Source: Macrostomum lignano (Eukaryota). Taken from it: DNA of 34,435 nt. The notes below the pieces were generated by a model. It made no database searches and was not told where the DNA came from. It was given only the letters and a program-made list of their open reading frames with translations. The stretch lies in contig NIVC01004813.1 in assembly GCA_002269645.1 (NCBI GenBank), positions 1-34,435 of the forward strand, written 5' to 3'. The position numbers and the translations under genes were made by a program. This document shows, piece after piece, positions 22,831-33,605 of the stretch (its first letter is position 1; each line of letters begins with the position of its first letter).

Positions 22831-23690
22831 CAGTTTTATTATCTAATTGTTCAGTTTAACTATTTTTGTCTCTCTTTGGCCAATGTGCAATGTAGAATGT
22901 ATATTCACAATAAAGCTAAAAGAGTTTTATGACCCTTTGTGTGGCAAGCTTGCAATTTAATTGCAGTTTTGACTGAATTTTATAGTTTACCAACCAATCT
23001 AATTGACAATCAATGAAAGAGAATGAGGGGGGTTATAAACCTGGCCTAAGAAGCTAAAATGTGGTATGCAAAGTCTTTTTTCATCAATCCCCTAATCTGC
23101 TTTGATCTTGTTTGTTATTTTATAACACATAGAGGATGACACAGTTGCAGATGGGGGCAGTATCTAATGAGCCCAATTAATTCATATTCATTTGGCAAAT
23201 TGATATATTAAACATATACTACAATTAGAAGTGGGTCAAATATTTGAAAAACAAAGTTTTTCATTGCTTACAATATTTGAATTTTGAATTTGAATGCCCC
23301 ATAGGGGCTTAATATACTAGTATAAACTGTTTTTTATAAGAAAGAATGCATAGATTGCACATAATATTATATAGATAATGTATATAAATAATCTTCCAAA
23401 ATTTATTCCAGTGTATACTATGCTACCTTCTTAGCTATACCAGTAGTTTAATATCCGAAATGAATAAATAACCAGAGGCTATTTGGTTAAATGGCTATTT
23501 GGCATAATTTCAAAAATACTTAGTATAATAATATCCAGGTTTAAACATCTATAACAAAGAAAGAACAACCTTTTATTTTGTACGTTTTTTATATTTATTT
23601 GGCATACTTAAAGAACTCTCAGTACAAAATACTTTTATTTGTCATCCTGTGTTTAAATTGAGTGATTCTGATGATGCTTAAAAAAGCCAG

Positions 23691-24274
23691 TTTTGTACTC
23701 AAGCCAGTAATGCATTCCTGAGACTGTTTAGTGCGCGCCAACTTTGCGCCTGTAGGCGTTGTCTAACGCGCAGTCCTCGCACTTGGTTAGCCGCCTGCGT
23801 ACTGCTGGTACTGTGCGTTCACTATCTGCTGCTGCTGCCTCGGCCGTTGCTGACAGCCAACTCTGATGCTGCCCGGCAGCGTCTGGCAGGATCGGCTGGA
23901 CCAGCTGGCAGCAGAGACGGCAGCAGCCAGCGAGGTAGCGAAGGAGGCGGCGGCAACAGCGACAGCGGCACACCGCCGCGTCATCCTCGACTGCAGTTCG
24001 CCTGCCGTCGCAGCGATGCGCCCGAGTGGCCTGTTGACCTCGGCCCCCTTCCGGCCGGCCAGCTGAAACTGAGGAGCGACGCTAAAATCCTATTATTAGT
24101 TGATAACGAGAACGGCCCGGTTATTAGGCAGCTAATTAACCTGCTGGAGCATATGCGACTGTCGTATAAGACTGCCCCGACTTGGAAACCGTTGCCGCAT
24201 CTCACTAGCAGCGATCGGGGCCGCTTTGGAGCCATTCTGATGGATAGCCTGTCCGCCTACCTTAATATGGACAG
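23691..24274 (+). CDS. NDST: Heparan sulfate N-deacetylase/N-sulfotransferase, exon 1 (start uncertain)
   Basis: The frame is open from 23682. It encodes a signal-anchor (WLAACVLLVLCVHYLLLLP), then RSDAKILLLV...LPHLTSSDRGRFGAILMDSLSAYLNMDR, matching the NDST N-terminus. Phase-2 donor AG|GTAATT at 24275. No in-frame ATG is present. Confidence 0.8.
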
Positions 24275-24354
24275 GTAATTTTGTTTATACTGTACCAGAG
24301 ATCTGCCGTAAAACAAAATTGTATCAGAAGATTTTGACTCAGACAGAAATGAGT

Positions 24355-24640
24355 TCCCAACTTTGGACTGCCAGTTACTCTTTGAGTTCCCGACTGTTAA
24401 CTGCCAGGCACTCTTTGAGTTCCCGACTGTTAACTGCCAGGCACTCTTTGAGTTCCCGACTGTTGACTGCCAGTTACTCTTTGAGTTCCCGACTGTTAAC
24501 TGCCAGGCACTCTTTGAGTTCCCGACTGTTGACTGCCAGCCACTCTTTGAGTTCCCGACTGTTGACTGCCAGTTACTCTTTGAGTTCCCGACTTTGGACT
24601 GCCATCCACTCTTTGAGTTCCCGACTGTTAACTGGCAGCC
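24355..24640. repeat. Intron-1 minisatellite, 33-bp unit CTTTGAGTTCCCGACTGTTAACTGCCAGGCACT
   Basis: About 8 copies inside intron 24275-24667. Confidence 0.95.
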
Positions 24641-24667
24641 ACTTATAAAACCTACGCCGCCTTACAG

Positions 24668-25256
24668 GTGGAACCGTGGCCTCCTAGACCGCTATTGTCG
24701 GGATTACGCTGTCGGCCAGGTGGCCGCAATGCTCGCCAGCGGCGGCGGCGGCAGCGGGGGTGTTCGTCGTCGTCGTCAGCAGCAGCGTCGCCGCAGGCAG
24801 CAGCAGAAGCTCTACCGCAACGGCCGCCTCGGCGACCTGCCTGTCTGGGCCTCCCCAGTGTCTATTGGGGATTTAATCAACTCGTCATCTTCAGGTAGTG
24901 CAAATATCGGCATTCACGTTAGCAGGTTAAGCCCGGTCACCCGGCTGACCAAATCCGGTATTCTGGCTGAACTGCCGCTGCCTGGCGACACTGGCGCCGG
25001 GCATTGGATGACATTCAATACCAGCCACGAGGGCTACGGCTACGTTGCTTGGTTCAAGTCGTCAAATAAAGCCAACGGCGATAGCGGAGGCGACAGATTG
25101 GCCACCGTGCTGTCAGACAGCGGCCGATACGACGGCATCGCCCGGGTGATTTTCGGCTACGATTTCTCGCCTTGGCTGCACGCCGCTCTGCTGGCGGACG
25201 CCCTGGCCTGGACTAGTCGGGGTCGGTTTGCCCAATCGTTGGATAGATTTGTACAG
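24668..25256 (+). CDS. NDST: NDST exon 2
   Basis: Acceptor TTACAG|G at 24667. Splicing gives MDR|WNRGLLDRYCRDYAVG and ends ...DSGRYDGIARVIFG...WLHAALLADAL...SLDRFVQ. Donor CAG|GTAAAA at 25257. Confidence 0.9.
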
Positions 25257-25284
25257 GTAAAATTAGCCTCATTGGTGAGATTTA

Positions 25285-25625
25285 GTTGTCACTGGCTGTT
25301 AAATTACAGCAGTCAGTTGTCATTGGCTGTCAAATTACAGCAGACAGTTGTCACTGGCTGTCAAATTACAACAGTCAGTTGTCACTGGCTGTCAAATTGC
25401 AACAGTCAGTTGTCATTGGCTGTCAAATTACAGCAGTCAGTTGTCACTGGCTGTCAAATTACAGCAGTCAGTTGTCACTGGCTGTCAAATTGCAACAGTC
25501 AGTTGTCATTGGCTGTCAAATTACAGCAGTCAGTTGTCATTGGCTGTCAAATTGCAACAGTCAGTTGTCATTCATTGGCTGTCAAATTACAGCAGTCAGT
25601 TGTCGCTGGCTGTCAAATTGTAGCA
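25285..25625. repeat. Intron-2 minisatellite, 31-bp unit CAGTCAGTTGTCA(C/T)TGGCTGTCAAATTACAG
   Basis: About 11 copies. The translation cycles every 31 aa, consistent with a 31-nt period. Confidence 0.95.
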
Positions 25626-25783
25626 GTCTATCATCGTGTCTAGGCAACGTGACTTTCGCAATTCTTTATAATGGAGCTTAATTTTTTATTGCCAATTTAA
25701 ATAAATGCGATAATACCCATCTCGATGCTACTGTTCAGTAGGCGATCTGTAAACAATGAATCATCGCAATTACTCGTATTCAG

Positions 25784-26101
25784 GTGGACATTGACGACGT
25801 GTTCGTCGGCCCCAGTGGTCTGCGCATGCTGCCTAACGACGTCGACGCATTAGTTGCTACGCAACGGCGTTGGCGCAGTCGCTTCGGCCTGTCTGGTTTC
25901 ACCTTTCAGCTGGGTTTCTCCGGCCGCTATTTTGGTCGCGGCAATCCGGCCGAGAATGCCGGCGACGCCAGGCTGTTGACTTTGAGGCGGCATTTTCTTT
26001 GGTTTCCGCACATGTACAAGCATAATAAGCCGCATACATATGCTAGCGCTGAGGCTCTGGAGGCTGTCATGCTCAAGAATAAAGATTGGGCCATCGAAAA
26101 C
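25784..26101 (+). CDS. NDST: NDST exon 3 (deacetylase DIDD motif)
   Basis: TTCAG|GTG GAC ATT GAC GAC encodes VDIDDVFVG...FTFQLGFSG...WFPHMYKHNKPH...WAIEN. Donor AAC|GTGAGT at 26102. Length 318 nt, phase 0/0. Confidence 0.93.
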
Positions 26102-26154
26102 GTGAGTGTTTGCTTTGTTAGTGCCAGTGCTTAGCTACTTTGTGCTGTTTTGTT

Positions 26155-27485
26155 TTCTTGCTGATTGTGTCTCCTCATGTGTCATTGTGTCACTGATTGT
26201 ATCACTGATTGTGTCTCCCATGTGTCATTGTATCACTGATTATGTCACTAATTGTGTTATTTATTGTGTCACTGATAGTGTTATTTATTGCGTCACTGAT
26301 TGTGTTATTTATTTTGTGTCACTGATTGTACTTTGTATCACTGATTGTGTCTCCCCATGTGTCACTGATTGTGTCACTGATTGTGTTATTTATTGTGTCA
26401 CTGATTGTGTCACTGATTGTGTTATTTATTGTGTCACCGATTGTGTTATTGATTTTGTGTCACTGATTGTATCACTGATTGTGTCTCCCCATGTGTCATT
26501 GTGTCACTAATTGTATCACTGATTGTGTATCCCCATGTGTTACTGATTGTGTATCCCCATGTGTCACTGATTGTGTCTTCCCATGTGTTACTGATTGTCT
26601 TCCTATGTGTCACTAATTGTCTTCCTATGTGTCACTAATTGTCTTCCTATGTGTCACTAATTGTGTCATTGATTATGTCTTCCCATATGTCAATAATTGT
26701 GTCACCGATTGTGTCACTGATTGTGTCACTCATTGTTTTTCCAAGTGTCACTGATTGTGTCTTCCCATGTGTCACTGATTGTGTAATTGATTATGTCTTC
26801 CCATGTGTCACTGATTGTGTATCCCCATGTGTCACTGATTGTGTCTTCCCATGTGTTACTGATTGTCTTCCTATGTGTCACTAATTGTCTTCCTATGTGT
26901 CACTAATTGTGTCATTGATTATGTCTTCCCATATGTCAATAATTGTGTCACCGATTGTGTCACTGATTGTGTCACTCATTGTTTTTCCATGTGTCACTGA
27001 TTGTGTCTTCCCATGTGTCACTGATTGTGTAATTGATTATGTCTTCCCATGTGTCACTGATTGTGTCACCGATTATGTCACTGATTGTGTCACTCATTGT
27101 TTTTCCATGTGTCACTGACTGTGTCATTGATTATGTCTTCCCATGTGTCAATAATTGTGTCGCCGATTGTGTCACTGATTGTCACTCATTTTTTCCATGT
27201 GTCACTCATTGTGTCACTCATTGTGTCACTCATTGTTTTTCCATGTGTCACTGATTGTGTCACTCATTTTTTCCATGTGTCACTGATTGTGTCACTCATT
27301 GTATCCCATGTCACTGATTGTGTCTTCCCATGTGTCACTGATTGTGTAACCGATTGTGTCACTGATTGTATCATTTATTGTGTCATTCATTGTCCCACTC
27401 ATTGTGTCTTCCCATGTGTCACTGATTGTGTCTTCCCATGTGTTACTCATCTGACACCGATTGTCTGATTAATCACGTGACACTG
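26155..27485. repeat. Intron-3 complex minisatellite (TGTGTCACTGAT core, TGTCTTCCCATG variants), with a 246-bp higher-order duplication
   Basis: A 12-bp core dominates. Blocks starting at 26639 and 26885 are near-identical (246-bp offset). Confidence 0.95.
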
Positions 27486-27521
27486 ATAGCATCGGCCTCT
27501 TCGATCGCAAAAACCCGGCAG

Positions 27522-28496
27522 GACCTGCCCATCAGCCCTGGCTACGCAGTCTCGCCGCACCACTCCGGTGTCTACCCGGTGCACGAGCCGCTATACGCCG
27601 CCTGGCGCAGCGTCTGGTCAATCAACGTCACGTCAACTGAGGAGTATCCGCACCTACGACCGGCCAGGCGTAGACGCGGCTTCGTCTATAACGGCGTCCG
27701 CGTGCTGCCCCGGGAGACCTGCGGCATCTACACGCACACGGTCCGGCTGGCGGACTACCCCAGAGGGCAGCAGCGGCTTCGGCAGCTGGTACTGGGCGGA
27801 GAGCTGTTTCACACAGTGCTACTTCACCCAATCTGCGTGTTCATGACCCACATGCCTAACTATGCCAACGATAGGCTAGCCTACTACGTATTCGATGGCC
27901 TATTTAACTTTCTGACCTGTCACACCAATATCCGACTGCGCTGGGCCGATCCGCAACGCTTAGCGACATTATATTTCAATTCGGCGCACAGGGAGGAGCG
28001 CCAGGCGCCGCTCTGGCTCAGCCCGTGCGCCGATCCGCGCCACAGAGAGATCTGGGCCGGCCCGAAGGATCTGTGCGCCCGCCTGCCCTCTCTACTGATT
28101 GTCGGACCGCAGAAAACTGGCAGTACGGCGCTGCACACGTTTCTAAGCCTGCATCCGCAACTGCTGCCCTCTATTAAGCATCCGCGCACCTTTGAAGAGG
28201 TCCAGTTTTTCACCGATCCAAACTACGCCAAAGGCTTGTTGCACTATTATTCGTATTTCAACTATACTAGAGAGTTCACCGTGAATTTCACCGCCGACCC
28301 CGGCGCCAGGCCGATTTATTTTGAAAAGTCGGCTAATTATTTCGATCAGGCCCGGGTGCCAGGCCGAGTGAAAGCCCTGCTGCCCAGTGCCAGAATTGTG
28401 GCCATACTCATGGACCCAGCGCAGCGGGCCTACTCCTGGTATCAGCACCAGCTGGCTCACGGAGATCCAGCCGCTACTAATTATTCATTTTATCAG
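27522..28496 (+). CDS. NDST: NDST exon 4 (end of deacetylase, start of sulfotransferase)
   Basis: GGCAG|GAC acceptor. Encodes GYAVSPHHSGVYPVH...TSTEEYPHL...LPRETCG...MTHMPNYANDRL...IVGPQKTGSTAL (5'-PSB loop with catalytic K)...FEKSANYFD...RAYSWYQH. Donor CAG|GTGCGC at 28497. Length 975 nt. Confidence 0.95.
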
Positions 28497-28554
28497 GTGC
28501 GCTTCTTTGTTTCTGATCAATATTTTCATGCCAGTTTATCATTAACCAGTTGAT

Positions 28555-29450
28555 CATCTCTCTCCTCATTTCTAACAGCTGTGATCTAATCTATACTTTC
28601 TCAGATCTTCTCTACTATCTTCAGTGTCGTCTTTACCCTCTCCAATCTCATCTCTACCCTCTCCGATCTCATCTCTACCCTATCTGATCTCATCTCTACC
28701 CTCTCCGATCTCATCTCTACCCTCTTTGATCTCATCTCTACCCTCTTTTATCTCATCTCTACCCTCTCCGATCTCATCTCTACCCTATCTGATCTCATCT
28801 CTACCCTCTCCGATCTCATCTCTACCCTCTTTCATCTTCTCATCTCTATCCTCTCTGATTTCATCTCTACCCTATCTGATCTCATCTCTAACCTCTCCGA
28901 TCTCATCTCTACCCTATCTGATCTCATCTCTACCCTCTCCGATCTCATCTCTACCCTCTTTCATCTTCTCATCTCTATCCTCTCTGATTTCATCTCTACC
29001 CTATCTGATCTCATCTCTAACCTCTCCGATCTCATCTCTACCCTATCTGATCTCATCTCTACCCTATCTGATCTCATCTCTACCCTCTCCGATCTCATCT
29101 CTACCCTCTCTGATCTCTTCTACCCTCTTTCATCTTCTCATCTCTATCCTCTCTGATTTCATCTCTACCCTCTCCAATCTCATCTCTATCCTCTCTGATT
29201 TCATCTCTACCCTATCTGATCTCATCTCTACCCTATCTGATCTCATCTCTAACCTCTCCGATCTCATCTCTACCCTATCTGATCTCATCTCTACCCTCTC
29301 CGATCTCATCTCTACCCTCTCTGATCTCTTCTCTACCTTCTTTCATCTTCTCATCTCTACCCTCTGATTGCATCTCTACCTTCTCAGATCTCGCCTCTAC
29401 GTACCATCTTTGATATCATATTTACTGTCTCTGATCTCATCTGAACCCTT
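28555..29450. repeat. Intron-4 pyrimidine-rich minisatellite, 21-bp unit ATCTCATCTCTACCCTCTCCG
   Basis: About 40 copies and variants, with strong C/T skew on the sense strand. Confidence 0.95.
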
Positions 29451-29534
29451 ACTAACTAATCTCTTCTACCATCCCTAATCTCATCTCTCACCTGACCAAT
29501 CTCTCATATTGCTTACTAAATTCATCCACCGCAG

Positions 29535-30014
29535 GTGATCACATCTGACGACGCCGCCCCGCGGGAGGTCCGGCAGCTCCGCCATCGCTGCCTGCGTCCC
29601 GGCCGATACGCGAACATTCTGAAGCGCTGGTTTCGTCAGTACAGGCCGCGCAGCGTCTACCTTGTTGATGGCGACCAGCTGCGCAACAGTCCGGCCCAGG
29701 CTGTGCACCGGCTGCAGCGATGGCTCGGCCTCAAGCCTCAGGTTGATTACACCCAGCTGCTGCTGTACAACAAGCGCAAAGGTTTCTATTGCTACAGGCC
29801 TGTACTGTCTGACCTCACCGTTGAGCGTCGGCCTCGCTGTCTGGGCAAAGGCAAAGGCCGACGCTATCCGGCTATTGACGAGGCCAGCTTAGCCTATCTG
29901 CGAACCTATTATAGGCACGATAATGCCCAGCTGTACAAACTGTTGCGCAGGCACTCTTACAAGCCGCCGGGCTGGCTGTTGGCACTGCAGAATGGCGGCA
30001 AACCTGTTGCATAG
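29535..30014 (+). CDS. NDST: NDST exon 5 (terminal)
   Basis: CCGCAG|GTG ATC ACA. Encodes RCLRPGRYA...DGDQLR...KGFYC...CLGKGKGRRYP...YYRHDNAQL...PGWL; stop TAG at 30012-30014. The spliced CDS totals 2946 nt counted from 23691. Confidence 0.93.
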   Translation: MITSDDAAPREVRQLRHRCLRPGRYANILKRWFRQYRPRSVYLVDGDQLRNSPAQAVHRLQRWLGLKPQVDYTQLLLYNKRKGFYCYRPVLSDLTVERRPRCLGKGKGRRYPAIDEASLAYLRTYYRHDNAQLYKLLRRHSYKPPGWLLALQNGGKPVA

Positions 30015-30119
30015 TTTGTTGGAGTTGCTTCCAGCTTTGCTTGGCTTGGCTTTTTATCTGTTTTACAGCCTTTGTACAAATTTTCAGTAGCCAAACATAA
30101 GCGGCTATTGGAGTGCGTA

Positions 30120-31030
30120 CATCTGGTAACTAAGTTGGTAGATCTGGTAACTGAGTTAATTATAGATCTGGTAACTGAGTTAATTATAGATCTGGTAACT
30201 GAGTTAATTATAGATCTGGTAACTGAGTTAATTATAGATCTGGTAACTGAGTTAATTATAGATCTGGTAACTGAGTTGGTAGATCTGGTAACTGAGTAGG
30301 TAGATCTGGTAACTGAGTTAATAGATCTGGTAACTGAGTTAATAGATCTGGTAACTGAGTTAATTATAGATCTGGTAACTGAGTTGATAGATCTGGTAAC
30401 TGAGTTAATAGATCTGGTAACTGAGTTAATAGATCTGGTAACTGAGTTAATAGATCTGGTAACTGAGTTTATAGATCTGGTAACTGAGTTAATAGATCTG
30501 GTAACTGAGTTTATAGATCTGGTAACTGAGTTTATAGATCTGGTAACTGAGTAGATAGATCTGGTAACTGAGTTAATAGATCTGGTAACTGAGTTAATTA
30601 TAGATCTGGTAACTGAGTTGATAGATCTGGTAACTGAGTTAATAGATCTGGTAACTGAGTTAATAGATCTGGTAACTGAGTTAATAGATCTGGTAACTGA
30701 GTTTATAGATCTGGTAACTGAGTTAATAGATCTGGTAACTGAGTTTATAGATCTGGTAACTGAGTTTATAGATCTGGTAACTGAGTAGATAGATCTGGTA
30801 ACTGAGTTAATAGATCTGGTAACTGAGTTTATAGATCTGGTAACTGAGTTTATAGATCTGGTAACTGAGTAGATAGATCTGGTAACTGAGTTAATAGATC
30901 TGGTAACTGAGTTAATAGATCTGGTAACTGAGTTTATAGATCTGGTAACTGAGTAGGTAGATCTGGTAACTGAGTTAATAGATCTGGTAACTGAGTTGGT
31001 AGATCTGGTAACTGAGTGGGTAAATCTGAT
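30120..31030. repeat. Minisatellite, 21-bp unit AGATCTGGTAACTGAGTTAAT with 24-bp variants
   Basis: About 40 copies starting ~105 bp after the NDST stop. Each unit carries AGATCT. Confidence 0.97.
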
Positions 31031-31785
31031 TAATATTGAGTGAGTAGATCTGGCATTGAGTGAGTAGATATTGGGTGGGTAGATGGGAGTTAAAATCGTA
31101 TCCAGAAGGAACTGGGTAGAAATGTTATTGATTTAATTGGTCGTATACAAAGCAGCTGTATTGTTTTTTAGTTGTTGAAAATTTCAATTTCAATTTCGCT
31201 CAAATGCTGCTCATCTTCACGCTTTCTGTGTGATGGCGATTGGGATACTTAAATTATATAGCATGCATATTTACACCTGTTGTAGTTATTCGCTTCGCTC
31301 TTGCATGTCAACAAAAGAGAATTAATCTTCTTCAACTGCTTTAAATGCTTTTATTTTGCCAGTTTTGTTGCTTTTTATATGATTTATTGTTTATATTTTG
31401 CTGTATGCAGCACAGATTGCTTCTGTATATACACGGAATCACGGCACTGATTGTTTTGCATTCTCGTCAACGAATGATTTTCTAATATTGTTTTCTAGCA
31501 TTTTGTCTCAGTTCAAAGCGTTCAGACCAGACTGGCACTAGCTACTGCTACTAGTAGGCAGTATTGAAACTTTTCTCTTGAATAATAAAAACATTCAATG
31601 CTTGTTTAATAATTATAGTTCTTGCCCAAGTTTCACTTGTCAGATGCCGAGGAGTTAGTGCATTCAAATACAGTCATATCTACTCCCGCCCTTTACTCGT
31701 GAGTCCAAGGGCTCAGAAAGCATAAAAAGATTCACAAGGACACAACAGAATCTCATTAAAATCCCAATTTCTCTCCGCAGCCGAA

Positions 31786-32123
31786 ATGCTTCCCCGCCAG
31801 TCTATATTGTTGTTGATCCTTCAATTGATTGCATCATCATCCACCAAAACTGCCCGGCAAAGCAACAATAATTCCCGTAGTAACCGCCTAGCAACAATTA
31901 ACGATGCCAACCAGTTGGCCAACTTGTGCATGATGGGGCGGCTGCACAAAGCTGAGCCGGGCCCGGAGCCTGGCCTGACCACCGGGCCTTGCATCGGCTA
32001 CTCCGACAGTTCCTGCTGCACCGCCGAGGTCGGCAGTCGATTAGGCAGCAACGACGAGTTCGCACAGGCCGCGTTCCGGCTCGACCACTGCGGCAGGCGA
32101 CTGTCGGCCGAGTGCGAGAAATG
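31786..32123 (+). CDS. Folate receptor / riboflavin-binding protein family, exon 1
   Basis: Signal peptide (MLPRQSILLLILQLIASS), then LANLCMMGRLHKAEPGPEP...C...SCCT...FRLDHCG...C, paralleling FOLR LLNVCM..HHK.KPGPE...C...ACC...FNWNHCG..C. Donor TG|GTGAGT at 32124. An acceptor-like TTTCTCTCCGCAG ends at 31780, just upstream of the ATG. Confidence 0.85.
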
Positions 32124-32204
32124 GTGAGTGACCGACCATTGAGCACGTGGCTGCTCTCTGGGCTACTCAGTGGTAACACCTGTTTGGTTCAGGTGAATAA
32201 GCGC

Positions 32205-33535
32205 GCATCGATATCAATCGATACTGGAATAAGTGCTGATCGATATTAATCGATACTGGAATAAGTGCCGATCGACATCAATCGATACTGGAATAAGTGC
32301 CGATTGATATTAATACATGCTGGAATAAGTGCCGATCGATATTAATCGATACTGGAATAAGTGCCGATTGATATTAATCGATACTGGAATAAGTGCCGAT
32401 CGATATCAGTCGATACTGCAATAAGTGAAAATCGATATTAATCGATACTGGAATAAGTGCAAATCGATATTAATCGATACTGGAATAAGTGCAAATCGAT
32501 ATTAATCGATACTGGAATAAGTGCAAATCGATATTAATCGATACTGGAATAAGTGCAAATCGATATTAATCGATACTGAAATAAGTGCAAATCGATATTA
32601 ATCGATACTGGAATAAGTGAAAATCGATATTAATCGATACTGCAATAAGTGAAAATCGATATTAATTGATACTGGAAGAAGTGCAAATCGATATTAATCG
32701 ATACTGAAATAAGTGCAAATCGATATTAATCGATACTGGAATAAGTGAAAATCGATATTAATCGATACTGCAATAAGTGAAAATCGATATTAATTGATAC
32801 TGGAAGAAGTGAAAATCGATATTAATCGATACTGGAAGAAGTGAAAATCGACATCAATCGATACTGGAATAAGTGCCGATCGATATTAATCGATACTGGA
32901 ATAAGTGCTGATCGATATTAATCGATACTGGAATAAGTGCAAATCGATATTAATCGATACTGGAATAAGTGCTGATCGATATCAGTCGATACTGGAATAA
33001 GTGCCGATTGATATTAATCGATACTGGAATAAGTGCCGATCGATATCAGTCGATACTGCAATAAGTGAAAATCGATATTAATCGATACTGGAATAAGTGC
33101 CGATCGATATTAATCGATACTGGAATAAGTGCTGATCGATATTAATCGATACTGGAATAAGTGCAAATCGATATTAATCGATACTGGAATAAGTGCTGAT
33201 CGATATCAGTCGATACTGGAATAAGTGCCGATTGATATTAATCGATACTGGAATAAGTGCCGATCGATATCAGTCGATACTGCAATAAGTGAAAATCGAT
33301 ATTAATCGATACTGGAATAAGTGCCGATCGATATTAATCGATACTGGAATAAGTGCAAATCGATATTAATCGATACTGGAATAAGTGCAAATCGATATTA
33401 ATCGATACTGGAATAAGTGCCGATCGATATTAATCGATACTGGAATAAGTGCTGATCGATATCAGTCGATACTGGAATAAGTGCGATCGATATCAATCGA
33501 TACTGGAATAAGTGCAAATCGATACTGGAATAAGC
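32205..33535. repeat. Intronic minisatellite, 32-bp unit ATCGATATTAATCGATACTGGAATAAGTGCAA
   Basis: AAATCGATAT recurs at 32461 and 32493. About 41 copies, each with two ATCGAT sites in a near-palindromic 16-mer. Confidence 0.97.
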
Positions 33536-33605
33536 ACGCATTAGTATAAATAGCCCTAACTAAGCTAACTAATATCACTCGCTTGCAATCAACCTTGACT
33601 CAAAG

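Noticed and set aside
24363-25643. 426-aa ORF as a single gene with N- and C-terminal repeat domains
   Set aside because: It is NDST exon 2 plus read-through into intron arrays. Canonical splice sites restore continuous NDST homology.
26106-29367. Cys/Val-rich (VTDC)n and Ser/Leu-rich (ISSLPS)n ORFs
   Set aside because: These are translations of intron-3 and intron-4 minisatellites bounded by homology-supported splice sites.
31753-31767. 15-nt identity TCATTAAAATCCCAA with the terminal array (34421-34435)
   Set aside because: One AT-rich 15-mer match is roughly expected by chance in 34 kb.
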